DNA of 64,000 bases, from NCBI RefSeq assembly GCF_031769215.1, contig NW_026781993.1, positions 1,674,001 through 1,738,000 of the forward strand, in the 5' to 3' direction. Shown one piece after another: positions 50,883-64,000 of the stretch. The translations under genes and the position numbers were made by a program. The notes below the pieces were generated by a model. It was not told the DNA's origin, did not search any database, and saw nothing but the letters and a program-made list of their open reading frames with translations. The stretch comes from Ylistrum balloti. Lineage: Eukaryota. Positions within the stretch are counted from its first letter, which is position 1. Every line of letters starts with the position of its first letter.

Positions 50883-51018
50883 TTTTTTATTTAAACATAT
50901 TTTGTTGTATCAATATATACATTGGGATTGGGCACAAGTTTGCCAACTTATATTAAGTCCTTTCCTGAAAACTATTGTACAAACAAATATACAAGGTGGC
51001 ATGTTTAAGTGAAAAATG

Positions 51019-51060
<42 letters not shown>

Positions 51061-52260
51061 AACAACACAATTGTAATATGACGTTTATAAAGATAATATA
51101 GTTAATATGGTCTCTCCCAGACATGGACAACACCATGAACTGTTCACTGTACATTGCTTTCTTACTTTTCTAATGTTCATCACGTCCCGTGCTCAAGTGC
51201 TTTCTCCTCTTCATTTCGAATCCTTCTGAATACACACCCTTGGTGCCATCCATTCCGGGAGAGACCAATAATTATATTTATGTACATTAATTATTATTAT
51301 ATATCTACGGTAATATATGTTGGTTATAGCGACAATATTATAAATAAACGGGGTAAAAAAGTATATAACAAAGAGGAAATCAAAATCTATTAGAGTCTAT
51401 AATATACTGTTGAGTGACTTGACTTATTCTAAAATTTTCATTTGCAGATAGATTGTCATTACCATATAAGAGCAGATGCAGGTCAATCGGAATATAACTA
51501 TTTAATTCACGTAATAAAATAAGTCTCTGATTAACATAGTTGTTACAAACAAAGAAATAGTGAAAGGTGTCTTCAATATGGTGTCCACATTGACAGTGTC
51601 GATAATTTATCAAATTAACTCTATAGAGGTCATTGTTTAGAGTGCTGGCATGATTTCGTAGTCTAACGTGGAGTATATATTTTTTTCTATCGCCGAAATA
51701 ATAGAAGTTTGGAACAGTTATGTTGCGTTTAAGGGATTTTTTTAAAAAAAAGATTGGTATGATATACTTTGCCTTATTCCTAAATCGAGCTGATTCCAGA
51801 GCCTAATAGTGGAGGGGAAGAAAGATGAGTTTGTTAATTGTAGTTGGAAATTTGGTAACGAAAAATTATGTGCATTACGAAGATTGTAAGATGAATTTTC
51901 GGAAACTATCGGTGGTAGTAAGGAAGACAAGTAACTTGGTGTTAGATTGTTAGTAATTTTGTAAAATAACTGTAACTTCCTTCTAGATCGTCTTTCAAAC
52001 AATGGTTCTAGTCCACTTTCAAAATAAGGGGATTCCCTACTAGCGTAAGATGGTAATTCGGTTATGATTCTAGCAGCTTCTAACTGTAGTTTTTCAAGTT
52101 TGTCCGCATCGCTGAGAGTGCACAAGAGATTGTTGTTGGACTATTTATACAAGATTTTTATACGTACCTGTGGCTGAATACTGCATTGTTATTTCAAACA
52201 CTTCGACAAATTTTCGTTAGGCAGAGTAAATTCTGACATTAAAGTTTTGAAATGCGGTTT
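50883..52260 (-). mobile_element. CR1/L2-group LINE 3' fragment with 3' UTR containing a (GA)n tract
   Basis: LEKLQLEAARIIT, LFYKI.N.LTPSYL, SFFPSTIRLWNQL, C.CGHHIEDTFHYFFVC. The 3' end reads CAAAATATGTTTAAATAAAAAAA. Confidence 0.9.
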
Positions 52261-52489
52261 TTTCTGGTAGCAATGAGATGTACAAACATAATTTGATGTT
52301 GAACATGATGACTTTTTAACAAAAACTTCATTCAAAAATACTCGTTTGAATTAATTGACTGTAGAATTTAGGAAAATATGTTTGTTCATGTAGAAACCCG
52401 GGGACTGGACGACTGTAAGCACCGGGGACTTTAAGGAAAAGATTCATCGTGGAAAAAATGAACAATTAGTCTAAGCCCATTACATGTAA

Positions 52490-53040
52490 GCATTTCAAAT
52501 GTTGTACACCAACTGAATGAGAGATGACCCAAGAATCGCACTGGTAAAGAGCGAGCCCTGGACTACCATCTCAAGTCTATACAGTCGTCTTCTTAACCAT
52601 ATGCAGTTGTCAACAATGGCTGAAATGGCCATGGAAAACAAGTAGGCGGATTCCAAGATGTGTTTTGGTAGCGTCGCTTGACACATGAAGGTCATCTACA
52701 GATTTACGACCTATACTTATGTTGTGCAGGAAGAAGATTCGTGGTACACTCTTTTCGTTGCACGAAGTTTGCAGGACTTCGATTGTTTTCCATTAGCATT
52801 ATCGGGACCCGTCTTGCACAATCATGTATCTTGGACATGTGTATTTTGTCGTGTATGGATTCATATTAAAGCTTTCTGGCCGTTCTGACCAGTGGTCATC
52901 TTCTTAATTCTTTCTGACACGCTGGAATTCCCTCACCCAACTTGTTGCAGAAGGGACGACTTACTCAAAATTTACTCTTCTACCTGTTTGATCGACTAAT
53001 CCTTCATGGCTAGGAACTTTAAGATATCTCTCTAAGCTCA
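52490..53040 (-). mobile_element. Decayed mariner transposase N-terminal (HTH) remnant
   Basis: Minus-strand pieces ILKFLAMK, SWVREFQRVRKN*EDDHWSERP (compare WVxEFKRGR.S.EDDPRSGRP) and CARRVP (compare the WVP motif). Confidence 0.55.
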
Positions 53041-53058
53041 GTTATTTAGTGTGAACAG

Positions 53059-53411
53059 TTGCAGCATAAAATGATTTTTGGCCTCACTCCTCCATACCTC
53101 TCTAATCTACTCCCACATCGCAGGCACGATACTCACCAATACAATACGCGTGATGCTGATAAATTAAGCGGCATATTCTGCAAGACCAACTTCTACAAAC
53201 GATCCTTTCTTCTTTCTTCTATTGACCTATGGAACTCGTTACCCCGCGAAATTAAAAATAATCCCTCTATAAGCAACCTAAAACGCTACCTGTACAGACA
53301 CTCCCTTACAGTCCATTCTTATTATAGTTATGGAAAACGCACCGATCAGGTTCATCACGCCAGACACGTACATGTAATTATAAAGTCTGAACACTCCCCT
53401 CCCCTACCCCC

Positions 53412-53468
<57 letters not shown>

Positions 53469-53662
53469 CTGTCTCTCGTTCATTATGTCAATTATGTTAT
53501 CAATGCTTAGCTACAAGTATTATGTTGTCACCTGCTTGTCACTCTATATTAGGAGACAGATTTACATAAGTATTGTTATACTTTTTTCTGAGTCCTATTT
53601 ATATTTGTAATAATGATATACAATTATGACACGTATGAAATAAATAAAATATGTTTAAACTA
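53059..53662 (+). mobile_element. Second CR1/L2-group LINE 3' fragment with (CT)n and terminal tail
   Basis: HKMIFGLTPPYLSNLLP, YNTRDAD, SFLLSSIDLWNSLP, YGKRTDQVHHAR. Ends AATAAAATATGTTTAAACTAA. Confidence 0.88.
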
Positions 53663-54420
53663 ATAGTTGCAGCCAGCTATATGAGTCTCTGCCACCATAT
53701 TACAATTAGTTGATATAACAGATCTACACATTTCTAAACCATTCTCTCTATTCCTCTTTCTTAGTTACACCTAGACATATAATTATACATATAGACGCCT
53801 ACACGTATGTCGTTTCATGAATTTATTATAGATCACGAGAGAACCTATACTTAGTAGGTCGCAAATATACTTAATCGTCCTTTAATTGTACCTTCCCTGG
53901 TTGAAAACAAAACGAATTAGGCAAAAGAGGTGAGACATTATTTTTTAATTCCCATTATTGATGTCGAGACCATAACCGTTGTGTCAATTTTTGTTGAAAG
54001 ATCTTACTCATTGTAGTCGTAGATTTTATAGCACGAGGAATATTCATGGAAGATTCATTATTAGATCCTAAATTTAACTGCCATCTGATTGGCAATAAAT
54101 ATACACGGGAGCACGCATGTCTATGCCCCATATACTAATGGTCATACGCATATGAGTAAAACCATCCCATTTCATTGTCGGGCATTTGCAAGTCTCTAAC
54201 TTTCGGAATCACTCGTGCTTTTTCCTTTCTTACCTTCCGAATGAGTCACCGTCTTATCGATAATAAGTGCCTATGTGGTTCGCAATATATGGACATTAAT
54301 TCTCCGATATCGAAGTGAACGTTAGAACAATCGCCCATAATCCATAACCTTGATATACACTCTTCAAACAAGTTCATCTGTGAGCTTGTGTAAGCTACCG
54401 TCACACAACTTCACCGTGAC

Positions 54421-54462
54421 CTCGCCACTTCCGCCTAAACATGTTCAGCGAAATGAAACTGG
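54421..54462 (+). promoter_or_regulatory. Probable first (5' leader) exon and core promoter of NIPA2
   Basis: CpG-enriched region with an ETS-type CACTTCCG motif and a strong donor CTGG|GTAAGC at 54462/54463. Contains ATGs at 54441 and 54453. Confidence 0.6.
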
Positions 54463-55736
54463 GTAAGCAAAAGACTCGTTCACATGTCTTCCACACTCAC
54501 CATATTCAAGTGGAAAATAAATATGTTCTAACCGTTGACACTCCACCTATACTGACTAAAGATATATCGAATAGATATTTCAGCTGTTGTGTGTGTTCGA
54601 TTGTGAGATAGCATAACGTGTGTAGTCCCGAGTGTGCTCAGTCCATTTGTCTATCTAGATCAACTTTAAGTTTAGTGTCAATATGTATAACATTCTCTTG
54701 AGCCGTGTGGTCATTCGGGCGTGGTGGACCTAATAGTCGTGATCGGGTGACAGTGTGTCAAAGGCACGCATACCGGTACAATGAATACACGAGTACCATG
54801 TGTGTTCAATGGCTGTGTATTTGACGGAACCGTAACAAGTATGATCATGTTATATTGATCTGGTATTGATCGCCAGGTATATACCCATAGCTATCCCACA
54901 TACTTGCCGATACAGCCATGTTGGAATTTATTTTAAATAGACATCTATGAAATGCTTGTGACCAGTTTTAACACATATTCAAGTTATATAATGTTTTAAC
55001 CCGGTCGTCACAATACATTCCAGAAGTATAACCCATTTTTTCAGAAAGGTAAGAATTCTTTTATGTGGGTCATTGCATTCAATAATTTTTGTATTATCTT
55101 TAAAATTCTGTTCAAAATGTTAGGGAAATCAGAAAGTTGATTTCTGTGTGAAATCCTATCAATATCTGAAGGAGGTTGTAGTACATTCACCATGAGACTG
55201 TAAACTAGGTCTCTATTAGTACTGTAATATACCTGTGCTTTCTCCGTTGCTAGGCTCTGAAAACAACAGTTATGAACAATAGCCATATACAGTAGCTATA
55301 GACATTCCAGCATATATATTTGTTTCTCTTTCACTGTCATATAAGATGTACACACAAAAACTTAAAATTTCACAATGGTATTTGATTGGTTCTAAAACTT
55401 TTCAGTCAGGATTTCTTTTCAATTTAAAAAGGTTTTCCTTTTAAGCGGTGATTGTATAATTTATTATGTATATAACTTGTAGAAATAAAGAACCGCAATA
55501 ACTAAGTGAATAGATCCATGATAATTATTAAAAGAGTGTGCTGTACCTTGTGGCTACATTGGCATTTATCAATGAAGTTTCATGAAAATACTTTTAGGAT
55601 TATGATATATTTCGAAAAGCATTGGGTTGAAGGGCATCAATATCCTTGTCTTGTTTTGTAGAAATTGCTACACTTAAACCATTGTCCAGTACTGCTTTTC
55701 CTATTGTTCTTGGTGATTTGTTGGAGAATTCTAAAC

Positions 55737-63584
<7,848 letters not shown>

Positions 63585-64000
63585 ACAGACTGCCATATAC
63601 TTATAATATAGTAAATAGTCATAGCAAACATTGAATGTTAAAGACACACAATTAATTTTTTCACTGTCTTATTTTGCATAATATGTGTCTTAGCAAGTAG
63701 TGCACAAAAATGGGAATACTTTTAATTAATCTCTGTAAAATCTATGTGTTTCTCTTGTTGGCTTGTTTCTATTGGAAGCCTACTTCTCTTTACCAATTGG
63801 CAGCAATTGGACACAGTAGGAAGGTACGAGGACCATGGAAACTTGTGGTGCTGCACCATTCTGGGGCCTGCTGGGTGGAATTCTGAGTAAATGTTTAAAG
63901 GATTTTTTATTGTTACTGGTAGTTGTGTGTGAAGTATTTGAAGTATCCATCCATTCTTGTTGCCCAGTGATACAGGGTACATAGTTATCATGTTACTTCT

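Noticed and set aside
51025-53465. (GA)n and (CT)n microsatellites as independent signals
   Set aside because: They are parts of the 3' UTRs of the two CR1-like LINEs.

Overview
AT-rich, intron-rich animal genomic DNA. The repeat families suggest a bivalve or other mollusc, but this is inference. Three spliced genes can be reconstructed exon by exon with GT-AG junctions and consistent phases. (1) Histidyl-tRNA synthetase (HARS) on the minus strand: exons 1-7 are present and the 3' end lies beyond position 1. It has a perfect U12-type minor intron and a candidate alternative first exon encoding a mitochondrial presequence. (2) A complete 11-exon LON peptidase N-terminal domain and RING finger gene (LONRF, minus strand, about 751 aa). 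(3) A complete NIPA2-like Mg2+ transporter (plus strand, about 438 aa). The roughly 24 kb between LONRF and NIPA2 is filled with decayed transposons: three L1/Tx1 LINE remnants, an integrase-less Gypsy, a tRNA-derived SINE, a MULE, two CR1-like LINE tails and a mariner relic. The most unusual structural signal is that several intronic minisatellites are tandem copies of the adjacent splice junction: 13 acceptors at a 52-bp period and 8 donors at a 35-bp period in NIPA2, with looser cases in HARS and NIPA2. There is no CRISPR array or prokaryotic system.
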